This document shows positions 22,724 through 32,632 of a stretch of DNA of 46,431 nt, piece after piece. Position 1 is the first letter of the stretch. Every line of letters begins with the position of its first letter. The position numbers and the translations under genes were made by a program. Origin of the DNA: a phage; the NCBI GenBank assembly GCA_021146965.1, contig GCA_021146965.1_4847.1. The stretch is one strand, 5' to 3'. A model generated the notes under the pieces. The model was not told the DNA's origin. It saw nothing but the letters and a program-made list of their open reading frames with translations, and made no database searches.

Positions 22724-22753
22724 GAACTCATAGGAACAAACGAGGGTGAAGAG

Positions 22754-22900
22754 ATGAGAATCAAAGACCGTGAAGAATTTGAAGATGCACAGACTATGGC
22801 GCGCATTGCAGTTAACCGCACAAACAACAGCATTCCTGCAGAAGCATTCTGGAACGCAGCGATGCAGGCTTTAATCTCAGCGTATGGACTCAGCAAATGA
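22754..22900 (+). CDS. small hypothetical protein (48 aa)
   Basis: ATG with GAGGGTG RBS; first of a string of ATGA-coupled small early ORFs. Confidence 0.4.
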   Translation: MRIKDREEFEDAQTMARIAVNRTNNSIPAEAFWNAAMQALISAYGLSK

Positions 22901-22992
22901 CAGGCGCAACACTCGAACTTATCGCCAGTCTGGTTATCGTTGCTGGCATCATTATCGCAGTGGCAGTTTCCAAATCAGGGTATAAGGAGTGA
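22897..22992 (+). CDS. small hydrophobic protein (31 aa)
   Basis: MTGATLELIASLVIVAGIIIAVAVSKSGYKE; single TM helix; ATGA-coupled. Confidence 0.3.
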   Translation: MTGATLELIASLVIVAGIIIAVAVSKSGYKE

Positions 22993-22996
22993 CAAG

Positions 22997-23077
22997 ATGA
23001 GCAACTGGCATAACGAACACATCATGCAATGGTATCGTCGCCGCATTAAGGCAATCATTAACTCTTATGAGGTTTAA
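22997..23077 (+). CDS. small hypothetical protein (26 aa)
   Basis: short ORF with AAGGAG RBS; very low confidence. Confidence 0.2.
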   Translation: MSNWHNEHIMQWYRRRIKAIINSYEV

Positions 23078-23081
23078 CAAG

Positions 23082-23240
23082 ATGAACAACAAGCCAATTC
23101 AGCCAACAGAAGAAATGATTGAAGCAGGTATCCGTGAGCTTATGGAAAACATTGATGTTGAGTGTATGACAGATGATGAGATGAGTGACACCGTGGTTTT
23201 CATCTGGCAAGCAATGTATCAGGCGCACACGGAGAAATAA
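23082..23240 (+). CDS. small acidic hypothetical protein (52 aa)
   Basis: ATG ORF in early region. Confidence 0.35.
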   Translation: MNNKPIQPTEEMIEAGIRELMENIDVECMTDDEMSDTVVFIWQAMYQAHTEK

Positions 23241-23243
23241 CAA

Positions 23244-23426
23244 ATGGCAAAGACTATCTATCGTCGCGAGAAGCTGGAGCCTGAACTCGGTCACGTTGGC
23301 GCACAGAACTTTATGAGTAAGCAGGCACGCAATGCAATGGAATCTATCCGCGTGAATCGCGTTGTGCGCGTGTTTAATGGTGAAGGTAAGCGAAGAGTAA
23401 TGGATGAGCTGATTATCGTATTTTGA
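23244..23426 (+). CDS. hypothetical protein
   Basis: 60-aa ORF from track, ATG start. Confidence 0.4.
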   Translation: MAKTIYRREKLEPELGHVGAQNFMSKQARNAMESIRVNRVVRVFNGEGKRRVMDELIIVF

Positions 23427-23462
23427 CATCGATTCAGCAGGCTTATTTCTAATGGTGATGAT

Positions 23463-23696
23463 ATGGAAAAAGTAAAAACATATGAGTTCTGGTTTATGCA
23501 GAACAAAATGTATGCAAGCAGGACAATCAAGCGAGTGCACTGGTGGAATAAGTGGCTAATCATTTTCGGCTGCATGGTGCTGGCAAAGTGCAAATTCAAA
23601 GCGATTGACATTACGGATGAGGATGCGCTCAAAATCGCAAAGATTGAGTTTGAAGAAGATGGTTATTACGAAGAAATTATGGGGGTTAGGGTATGA
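23463..23696 (+). CDS. hypothetical membrane-associated protein
   Basis: 77-aa ORF with hydrophobic segment WWNKWLIIFGCMVLA. Confidence 0.4.
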   Translation: MEKVKTYEFWFMQNKMYASRTIKRVHWWNKWLIIFGCMVLAKCKFKAIDITDEDALKIAKIEFEEDGYYEEIMGVRV

Positions 23697-23983
23697 GTGA
23701 AGTGAAGATATACACATTGGTTATGGGAGAAAAAGAGATTCTTAATTTTAAGCATGGAGAAGAGCTGAGGATCGGGCAGTTCGTTAAATACAAGGACTAT
23801 GCAGAACTCGAAACTAAATGCGATGAGCTACTTAAAGAAATTAAAAACATGCAGGACCAAGCCATTGATGATGGATGCCGAATTGCAGAGCTTGAAGAAG
23901 CCTTGCGAGATAAGCAGGCACTAATTCCTGATGAGCACGACACGACAGCACGGCAATTCGAAAGCCTGGCTAAAAGTGAATAG
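23693..23983 (+). CDS. hypothetical coiled-coil protein
   Basis: 96-aa ORF, ATGA-coupled. Confidence 0.45.
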   Translation: MSEVKIYTLVMGEKEILNFKHGEELRIGQFVKYKDYAELETKCDELLKEIKNMQDQAIDDGCRIAELEEALRDKQALIPDEHDTTARQFESLAKSE

Positions 23984-24046
23984 CTACCCGTTCATATTAA
24001 TTATCAGTGCGCTCTATGTGGCGCACGTTTTAGTGGAGGCACATCA

Positions 24047-24154
24047 ATGAACAACCACCAACGACGCCGATACACCACTGGTGCTAAAATTTTCCTTACT
24101 GTTTATGTGCTTGCACTGGTAGCAGCTATCGCAGGAGTTGTGCATTATGTTTAA
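24047..24154 (+). CDS. small membrane protein (35 aa)
   Basis: GTGGAGG RBS; basic N-terminus followed by one TM helix. Confidence 0.35.
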   Translation: MNNHQRRRYTTGAKIFLTVYVLALVAAIAGVVHYV

Positions 24155-24326
24155 CGATATCAGTGACGCAATGCAAAACATGCGGGAACGCTACTGGGAT
24201 GGCGGTATGATGTGTCATTACATGATGGTGCAGCTCAGCAATCGCATTGAGGTTGTGCCTGACAATGGCGTGCATGACATTAAGTGCATGTGCTCAACGA
24301 GGGCTTTCGCAAATGCAAACCACTAA
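24147..24326 (+). CDS. hypothetical Cys/Met-rich protein
   Basis: ORF in track (24138..24326); ATG at 24147. Confidence 0.35.
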   Translation: MFNDISDAMQNMRERYWDGGMMCHYMMVQLSNRIEVVPDNGVHDIKCMCSTRAFANANH

Positions 24327-24480
24327 ACAGAAAGTCTGGCAACTCGCAAAGCAGCACGAATTAGACGATTTCATCGAGAAGGTTGCAAAGACATTCCCTG
24401 ACGCGCTTGAAGTCGTTCATGTGCAGACGCGAAATGAAAATGCATGGTGCTACACAAAAAATCATACAAATGGTAGATGA
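24313..24480 (+). CDS. hypothetical protein
   Basis: internal ATG of track ORF 24247..24480; overlaps neighbours as in coupled operon. Confidence 0.3.
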   Translation: MQTTKQKVWQLAKQHELDDFIEKVAKTFPDALEVVHVQTRNENAWCYTKNHTNGR

Positions 24481-24907
24481 AATGAAGCTAACAAAAAAAC
24501 AACGCGAAGAGCTACGCATGAAGTTCGGTGGTCGCTGTGCTTATTGTGGGTGTGAGCTACCCGAGAAAGGTTGGCATGCAGACCATGTTGAACCAGTGCT
24601 ACGTAAATCTGAGCAGTGCATGAAGGCAGCGGCGAAAGGGATTTTCAAGCTGAAGGCAACCGGTGAGCTATATCGACCAGAAGCCGAGCGACTGGAAAAC
24701 CTTTACCCTGCGTGCGCCCCCTGCAATCTGATGAAAACTTCCTATTCCCTGGAAATGTTCAGGAAGCAGGTATCTCTTCAGGTTGCTCGTGGGCGCAAAA
24801 GCAGCATGAATTTCCGCACTGCAGAGCGTTTCGGTCTTATCGCCGTGGTGGAGAGACCAGTTGTTTTCTGGTTTGAGAAATACCAGGAAGAGAACGAAAA
24901 AAAATAA
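24470..24907 (+). CDS. HNH endonuclease (classical zinc-finger HNH, packaging-associated type)
   Basis: CAYCGCEL...WHADHVEPV...NLYPACAPCNLMK; located just upstream of terminase genes as for cos-phage HNH proteins; start uncertain (24434/24470). Confidence 0.7.
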   Translation: MVDEMKLTKKQREELRMKFGGRCAYCGCELPEKGWHADHVEPVLRKSEQCMKAAAKGIFKLKATGELYRPEAERLENLYPACAPCNLMKTSYSLEMFRKQVSLQVARGRKSSMNFRTAERFGLIAVVERPVVFWFEKYQEENEKK

Positions 24908-25003
24908 ATGTGTTTATGATGCTCTGTTGGCAAGCGCGATAATGATGGTGTACAATAAACGCACAACCACCATTTGTGAGTTACTCAAAGAACACGAAAA
25001 GAC

Positions 25004-25444
25004 ATGGCGAATCCAAATCCAAAACACAAGTTTTCCTCTACAAATCAACCGCCTCCGCGCGGTAAGAGTTATCGCACAGTGCTGCTTGAGGCGCTTCGTG
25101 CTGCAAATACACCGATGAATGAGATTGAATTCGTCACGTATTACATCAATAGGGCCATGACATGCGAAGACGCTCAGGCAACTGGTATGCTTCGAGAGAT
25201 ATTCCTGCGGCTCAACCCAATTCCTAAGCCTGTAGCTCCTCCTGTGGAGTTTGACTTCCCTGCTGACGGAACTCCGGTTCAGAAAATGGATGCAATCATC
25301 AAGGGTGTCTCCACTGGCGTCGTGCCTGCTGACATCGGCAAGATGATGGCTGACATTATCAAGTCTGGCCTTGATATTCAGGAAATCACCGAACTCGCAG
25401 CGCGACTTGAGCGACTGGAGAAATTGCTGGAACAGCAACAGTAA
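25004..25444 (+). CDS. terS: putative terminase small subunit
   Basis: 146-aa ORF immediately upstream of terminase large subunit region; assigned by position and size. Confidence 0.4.
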   Translation: MANPNPKHKFSSTNQPPPRGKSYRTVLLEALRAANTPMNEIEFVTYYINRAMTCEDAQATGMLREIFLRLNPIPKPVAPPVEFDFPADGTPVQKMDAIIKGVSTGVVPADIGKMMADIIKSGLDIQEITELAARLERLEKLLEQQQ

Positions 25445-25546
25445 CTGATTTATAATAATTAATGCGGCAAAGGGTAGCTCCCTGCCCGGATTGGTCTCCG
25501 GGCTGCCGCATCCATCCAGTGACCGCCTTTAACCGAGGATTCAATA

Positions 25547-26059
25547 ATGCGACCCTTAAAAGAAGAAAAACTCACGCAAGACAGGCTGAAAGAGTTGCTG
25601 CATTATAACCATGATACTGGTATTTTCACATGGGTTCAGCGCGCCTCAAAAAGCGTAAGAGTTGGTAATTCAGCTGGCAGTAAGAATAAGTCAGGCTATA
25701 TAGATATACGCATCGATAAGTCTTTACACAAAGCTCATCGGCTTGCGTGGCTTTACATTTATGGTGTGTGGCCCAATGGGAAAATAGATCACATCAATAA
25801 CGTGAAGACAGATAACAGAATCTGCAACCTGAGAGAAGCAAGCAATAATGAAAACGGATGGAATGCTGGTAAACCATCGACAAATACGTCAGGAGTAAAA
25901 GGTGTGAGTTGGGATGCAGAGAAAAATAAATGGAAGGCGCATTGCAGGGTTTTTGGGAAAAAATATACAGTAGGTAGGTTTTCATCAAAAGAATATGCTG
26001 AGAGAGCCGTGGCGGAGTTCAGAGAGAAACATCACGGGGAGTTTTTTAATCATGGCTAG
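25547..26059 (+). CDS. HNH homing endonuclease with AP2 domain (paralog 2 of 4), inserted between terS and terL
   Basis: IDHINNVKTDNRICNLREA motif plus AP2-like SGVKGVSWDAEKNKWKAHCRVFGKKYTVGRF; 3' end overlaps terL start. Confidence 0.8.
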   Translation: MRPLKEEKLTQDRLKELLHYNHDTGIFTWVQRASKSVRVGNSAGSKNKSGYIDIRIDKSLHKAHRLAWLYIYGVWPNGKIDHINNVKTDNRICNLREASNNENGWNAGKPSTNTSGVKGVSWDAEKNKWKAHCRVFGKKYTVGRFSSKEYAERAVAEFREKHHGEFFNHG

Positions 26060-27476
26060 AAAAAGACTCTCAAGTGTGGCAATCGAAAAACTTGAACAGG
26101 CGGTTGGAAACTCAACTTCAAAGCCTGAGTCTGCTGTATTTGGCATTGTTAACAAACTGCTTGCCGATGGTACGCCTAATGTTATAAAGCGCCTAAAAAT
26201 GACATCAACAGGCGTATCTGAAACAAACGAAGAACCAACAATCCTCATTCCCGAGAGAATGGAATTACTGCTTTATCCTCGTCGTTTCAAAGTGTTCTAT
26301 GGTGGTAGGGGGAGCGGAAAGACGGCTAACGTTGTTTCTTACCTCATCGAAAAGGCAAGATTCCGTAACAGTCGCGTCGGATGCTTTCGTGAGATACAGA
26401 ACTCAATCAAAGAATCAAGCTATGCCGAACTGGTTGATGAGATAAACAGGAAAGGACACACTCAGGAATATCGTTGCGTGGATGGTGAAATAACCCACCA
26501 TTCAACGAGGTCAAAGTTTGTTTTCCGTGGTTTGTGGCGAAATATAACCGCCATTAAGGGTATGGCTGGCCTTACAGATGTATTCTGTGAAGAATCAGAA
26601 AATATCAGCCAGGTTTCATGGGATACGCTAATCCCAACAGTCCGCGCCGCTGGCTCTGAAATTATTATTGTTTTTAACCCAAACAAAGAGACGGACCCGA
26701 CATGGACTAACTTTGTTGCGCCTTATATTGACAAGATGGTTGACGGCATATATCAGGATGATGACATCGTTGTTGTTAATGTTAATTACATCCACAACCC
26801 GTGGTTCACGGAAGAACTTAAGCAGCACATGAACCAGATGAAAGCTGTGGATTATGATCGCTACCTTTGGGTGTATGAAGGCTTATTCAACAAGCGGTCT
26901 GACGAAGCTGTTCTCGGGGGGAAATGGCAAACACTCGACTTTGAACCATCTCCTGAGTGGGGTGGGCCTTACTACGGCATTGACTTTGGTTTTTCTCAGG
27001 ATGCAACAGCAGCAACTGAATCATATGTAGAAGATTTGGGTGATGGACGAAGAAACCTGTATATCTATCGTGACTTTGCAAAGGTTGGCCTTGAGATAAC
27101 TGACACGCCGGAAGCGATGCGCTCAGCATTCCCAAATTCAGAGAAGTACAGATGGTATGGGGATTGCGCAAGACCTGAAACAATAAGCCATATACGACGC
27201 TCTGGATTCGATATTCATCCGTGCGCAAAATGGCCGGGGAGCATTGAGGACGGTATTACGTGGCTGCGTGGGTGTGACAGGATTTACGTGCACTCAAGAT
27301 GCAGGCACGTCATTGAAGAGATGACAATGTACAGCTATAAGGTGGACAAATTAACAGGTAACATACTCCCTGATATAGTTGATAAATACAATCACGCGAT
27401 TGATAGTTTACGCTATGGACTTGGAGATCACATCGTTCAACGCGGTAGCGGGATGCTAATCCGGCGCAGGCGATAA
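26052..27476 (+). CDS. terL: terminase large subunit
   Basis: Walker A FYGGRGSGKT; ~475 aa; start placed at ATG 26052 (track ORF begins 25995 inside HNH gene). Confidence 0.85.
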   Translation: MARKRLSSVAIEKLEQAVGNSTSKPESAVFGIVNKLLADGTPNVIKRLKMTSTGVSETNEEPTILIPERMELLLYPRRFKVFYGGRGSGKTANVVSYLIEKARFRNSRVGCFREIQNSIKESSYAELVDEINRKGHTQEYRCVDGEITHHSTRSKFVFRGLWRNITAIKGMAGLTDVFCEESENISQVSWDTLIPTVRAAGSEIIIVFNPNKETDPTWTNFVAPYIDKMVDGIYQDDDIVVVNVNYIHNPWFTEELKQHMNQMKAVDYDRYLWVYEGLFNKRSDEAVLGGKWQTLDFEPSPEWGGPYYGIDFGFSQDATAATESYVEDLGDGRRNLYIYRDFAKVGLEITDTPEAMRSAFPNSEKYRWYGDCARPETISHIRRSGFDIHPCAKWPGSIEDGITWLRGCDRIYVHSRCRHVIEEMTMYSYKVDKLTGNILPDIVDKYNHAIDSLRYGLGDHIVQRGSGMLIRRRR

Positions 27477-27492
27477 ATCCGCATCACCACAC

Positions 27493-27524
27493 TTGACCAA
27501 TCTACACCGAGCGCATAGTATAAT
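27493..27524 (+). promoter_or_regulatory. putative promoter for accessory cassette
   Basis: TTGACC (27493-27498) - 17 nt - TAGTAT (27516-27521), overlapping TATAAT 27519-27524; contains CAATCTACACC motif copy. Confidence 0.45.
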
Positions 27525-27552
27525 CTACATCAGGCTTATCGGAGATATCACT

Positions 27553-27759
27553 ATGCGCAGCTATGCAGGGTTCACACAGGAGGAGAAAGAGCAGGTTTAT
27601 TCACTGGCTCGGGCTGGTGTGCCAGATGAGGTGATTTGCCGTCGGTATGACATCGACGAGGATTTCCTGCTGCGCGTTATTGATGATGTCTTCGTTAACC
27701 TGCAAGAGAAGCGCGGATATAAAGGTATCTGCTGCAAGAATGATTTTTTGAGAGGGTGA
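27553..27759 (+). CDS. hypothetical protein
   Basis: ATG with GGAGA RBS; internal start of track ORF 27493..27759. Confidence 0.4.
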   Translation: MRSYAGFTQEEKEQVYSLARAGVPDEVICRRYDIDEDFLLRVIDDVFVNLQEKRGYKGICCKNDFLRG

Positions 27760-27763
27760 TGTG

Positions 27764-27958
27764 ATGATTAAGATGAGCAAGATGAGCAACAGAAGCAAGG
27801 TTTGCAGGATTGCTTTATTGCCAATCTTCCTGCCTGTGTGGTTGTTATGGGTTTTATTTTCTGGGGCGAGAAATCTATTTGAGTATCTTGAATTTTGTCA
27901 GGCAAAGGTTATACGAAAATTCCATAATGTCATTGATAAGTGGTTTCCGCTTGGTTGA
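27764..27958 (+). CDS. small membrane protein
   Basis: hydrophobic segment IALLPIFLPVWLLWVLF; ATG 27764 after GAGGGTG. Confidence 0.4.
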   Translation: MIKMSKMSNRSKVCRIALLPIFLPVWLLWVLFSGARNLFEYLEFCQAKVIRKFHNVIDKWFPLG

Positions 27959-27967
27959 GGTGATGTG

Positions 27968-28135
27968 ATGAAAATTGAAGAAACAGTTAACTGCATGGCG
28001 ATTAATGTGTTCACGGATTGCGATACCATTTGCGTGCAGGATTTCACTGGCGATTATGTCAGGATTGACAAACACCAAGCCGCGCAGCTAATCGAAGTCC
28101 TGCAACGCTGGGTTAATGGTGAGGAAATTGAGTGA
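27968..28135 (+). CDS. small hypothetical protein (55 aa)
   Basis: ATG with GAGGTG RBS; below track cut-off. Confidence 0.35.
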   Translation: MKIEETVNCMAINVFTDCDTICVQDFTGDYVRIDKHQAAQLIEVLQRWVNGEEIE

Positions 28136-28320
28136 TGAGTGTTTATTTCATTCATGGTGAAGTGCTTGATGGTGGTGATGTTGTTACCAAGGTTTGCGCG
28201 ACATCTACGGCATCAAACGCCAGTGAAGCGTTTGATTGGTTTTTGGGTTGCGAATTGGTTGTAAAGTACGAAATAAAAGGCTACGACGTCATCATTGATA
28301 AACTGGAAAAGGTGGAGTGA
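28135..28320 (+). CDS. hypothetical protein
   Basis: ATG 28135 overlapping upstream stop. Confidence 0.4.
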   Translation: MSVYFIHGEVLDGGDVVTKVCATSTASNASEAFDWFLGCELVVKYEIKGYDVIIDKLEKVE

Positions 28321-28523
28321 TGGACAGAAAACATCTTCACGATATGGCAGTTGAACTTAGAAAAAAGTTTGAAGGCATCTGGTTTGATAGTCATGATGAA
28401 TTCAATAATAAGCAGTATCAGGTTTACGCAAAATGCAGGGGATTGGTTCTTGGTGATAGGATGGAAAATGCCGTATTCCATCACAGCAACGACACGATGC
28501 ACAGGCGAGCTTTCGACTACTGA
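28320..28523 (+). CDS. hypothetical protein
   Basis: ATG 28320 overlapping upstream stop (ATGA). Confidence 0.4.
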   Translation: MDRKHLHDMAVELRKKFEGIWFDSHDEFNNKQYQVYAKCRGLVLGDRMENAVFHHSNDTMHRRAFDY

Positions 28524-28528
28524 TACCA

Positions 28529-28563
28529 TGCTATAATCCCTCCATCGTGAGGGATTTTTTATT
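28529..28563 (+). promoter_or_regulatory. hairpin with T-run (terminator-like) overlapping an extended -10 element TGcTATAAT
   Basis: TGC+TATAAT at 28529-28537; AATCCCTC-catcgt-GAGGGATT hairpin 28535-28556 followed by TTTTTATT; 9 nt upstream of portal ATG. Confidence 0.4.
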
Positions 28564-28568
28564 GGTGA

Positions 28569-30915
<2,347 letters not shown>

Positions 30916-30998
30916 GGGCTTGGTTTTGTCTTGTGAGCATACACAGAACAAATATTATTATCGCATAGCACAATATCTCTACGATGCTGAATATTGTT

Positions 30999-31643
30999 TT
31001 AATCATCCAGTTTCACGCCTGGAATTTTTCCTACTGCAATGGCTTCATAAATTAGCTTGGCCTCGTCCTCGCGCCTGTAATCTTGAGCTGCCATTTCTAA
31101 CACCGCGCAGATAGACTCAAGTACAGCCTCATGCTTCTTTTCTGCTTCTGTGCGTAGTGGTTTTAGGCTTTCCGGTACGAAGCAGCATGACCGACCAGCA
31201 CCACCTTCATCCCAATAGCAAACAGCCACATCGTTTCCGTCCGTTGTTGTCTTGTGCGCTACAACTTCCATTTCAGTGCCAGCATCAGGAATCCAGTCAT
31301 TGCAGTATCCTAACTTTGGATTAAAGAAGAATTCTACTTTTGCACCAACTGGCGGCAGGCCTTCTCCATTCCATGTCTGCTTTTGCAATGCTGCTAGCGC
31401 GGATTCATACAAGTCGCGAGTTATCATACAATAATCCGTGGCTACGCTGACATAGCGACCGGGTATGGGGATTGCCACGGTGTACTGAAATGGCACATCA
31501 AAACCATCGCTATATCCCTTTGGGAAACAAAAAGCAATTGTGATACTGTCACCATTGAAATCACCAACTCGACACCTCTCAGCACCATCAGGCCACCCAC
31601 CACGCTTAGGTAATTCTTGAACTAACAGGTCGATAAGTTTCAT
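30999..31643 (-). CDS. hypothetical protein
   Basis: 214-aa ORF on opposite strand to flanking morphogenesis and lysis genes; no recognised motif. Confidence 0.5.
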   Translation of the reverse strand: MKLIDLLVQELPKRGGWPDGAERCRVGDFNGDSITIAFCFPKGYSDGFDVPFQYTVAIPIPGRYVSVATDYCMITRDLYESALAALQKQTWNGEGLPPVGAKVEFFFNPKLGYCNDWIPDAGTEMEVVAHKTTTDGNDVAVCYWDEGGAGRSCCFVPESLKPLRTEAEKKHEAVLESICAVLEMAAQDYRREDEAKLIYEAIAVGKIPGVKLDD

Positions 31644-31942
31644 TTTGTTTCTCCCAATGCTTTATTAACCGCGGCACGTGCATTATCCAGAGCGCGACGC
31701 TTGCTTGATGTTGTCCAGCATTTTCCGGAGTGGTCGTCGTAGATTTCCAGAAGTTGCTGGAGTGCTGATAACAGGTCAGGAGATGCCGCTATTAGCCTTG
31801 CGTTATGCCATTGCTCGGTTTTATCACCGTTATATGTTGGAGTGAATGCAACCTCGACACCAATATCCGAGATAACATCTGGCGCGTTATCATCACCAAC
31901 AACAACTTCCCATTTTCCATGCGTACCTTTAAATTCTTTCAC
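31640..31942 (-). CDS. small protein, paralog of 45127..45468 (Ead/Ea22-like?)
   Basis: shares KEFKGT.G.W N-terminus and AA(S/A)P(D/E)LL.ALQ..L / NKALG C-terminal motifs with 45127..45468; probable GTG start 31942 preceded by GAGGT; 5' ends of the two paralogs share 19 identical nt. Confidence 0.5.
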   Translation of the reverse strand: MKEFKGTHGKWEVVVGDDNAPDVISDIGVEVAFTPTYNGDKTEQWHNARLIAASPDLLSALQQLLEIYDDHSGKCWTTSSKRRALDNARAAVNKALGETK

Positions 31943-31950
31943 ATCCAACC

Positions 31951-32094
31951 TCACTTAATATACTCAACAATCTCAACTTCACGCATCTGCACCAGGCCAA
32001 ATGGTGCAACCACCTTACCGCACGGACGGATTTTGATTTGCTCAAGGTTGAACACTCCGCAGCGTCCGTTTTCTTTGAATTTGACCATTACCAT
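31951..32094 (-). CDS. small hypothetical protein (47 aa)
   Basis: ATG ORF MVMVKFKENGRCGVFNLEQIKIRPCGK...; below track cut-off. Confidence 0.3.
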   Translation of the reverse strand: MVMVKFKENGRCGVFNLEQIKIRPCGKVVAPFGLVQMREVEIVEYIK

Positions 32095-32096
32095 AA

Positions 32097-32267
32097 TTAA
32101 TACCCGTTTTTCTTGGCTAATTGTTGCGCACGTTTCTTCGTGTACCCACAGGCCATCAGGCGCTTGACCTCGTTGCGGCGCCTTGCGAAATGGTACTCAC
32201 GAGAATTAAATGCACATTCGTTGCTAAAGTTAACATTACGTGGATTCATCTTCATCACCTCATTCAT
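32097..32267 (-). CDS. small basic hypothetical protein (56 aa)
   Basis: ORF MNEVMKMNPRNV...KRAQQLAKKNGY; internal ATG 32249 has better RBS spacing. Confidence 0.3.
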   Translation of the reverse strand: MNEVMKMNPRNVNFSNECAFNSREYHFARRRNEVKRLMACGYTKKRAQQLAKKNGY

Positions 32268-32353
32268 CACTTGATGTAGATACTATGCACCACCAACCAA
32301 TCTACGTCAACACCATTGTGATAGAATTAATCATTATTTGAACTGGAGGCAGA
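32268..32353. promoter_or_regulatory. divergent promoter/operator region with inverted motif pair
   Basis: TTGATGTAGAT (32271-32281) and inverted CAATCTACGTCAACA (32298-32312) between divergent operons; GGAGG RBS at 32345-32349. Confidence 0.45.
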
Positions 32354-32632
32354 ATGAAACTATCGCAACGAGGCGTGGAGACGTTTGGAATTACCGATGC
32401 CGTGAATATATCGCCTTACATCACTACCGAGACAACGCAGAATCAGTTCGACGCGCTGGCAAGTCTTGCCACCGACATTGGCATTTACGCGTTCCGTAAA
32501 TCAACGCTTCTGAAGAAGCACAACCTCCGCTGCTTCTCATGTGCTGTTGCGCATTTCATCGCGTGGGGCGAGAAGACTGGCGACAAAGCAAAACGCAAAG
32601 CTGAAAAAGAGGTTTACTGGTATGGCTATTAG
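32354..32632 (+). CDS. GH24 (P22 gp19-type) lysozyme-like protein lacking the catalytic N-terminal core (probable gene remnant)
   Basis: 92 aa; C-terminal part TTQNQFDALASLATDIGIYAFRKSTLLKKHNL matches the conserved Q.Q.DAL.SL..N.G..AF..ST.L..LN segment of P22-type lysozymes, but the E/D/T catalytic region and ~55 aa are absent; 3' end overlaps endolysin start. Confidence 0.5.
   Translation: MKLSQRGVETFGITDAVNISPYITTETTQNQFDALASLATDIGIYAFRKSTLLKKHNLRCFSCAVAHFIAWGEKTGDKAKRKAEKEVYWYGY

Noticed and set aside
24914-25438. 174-aa minus-strand ORF overlapping the putative terS gene
   Set aside because: Antisense to a co-directional operon, no RBS context, and it would break the packaging gene string. 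Judged spurious.
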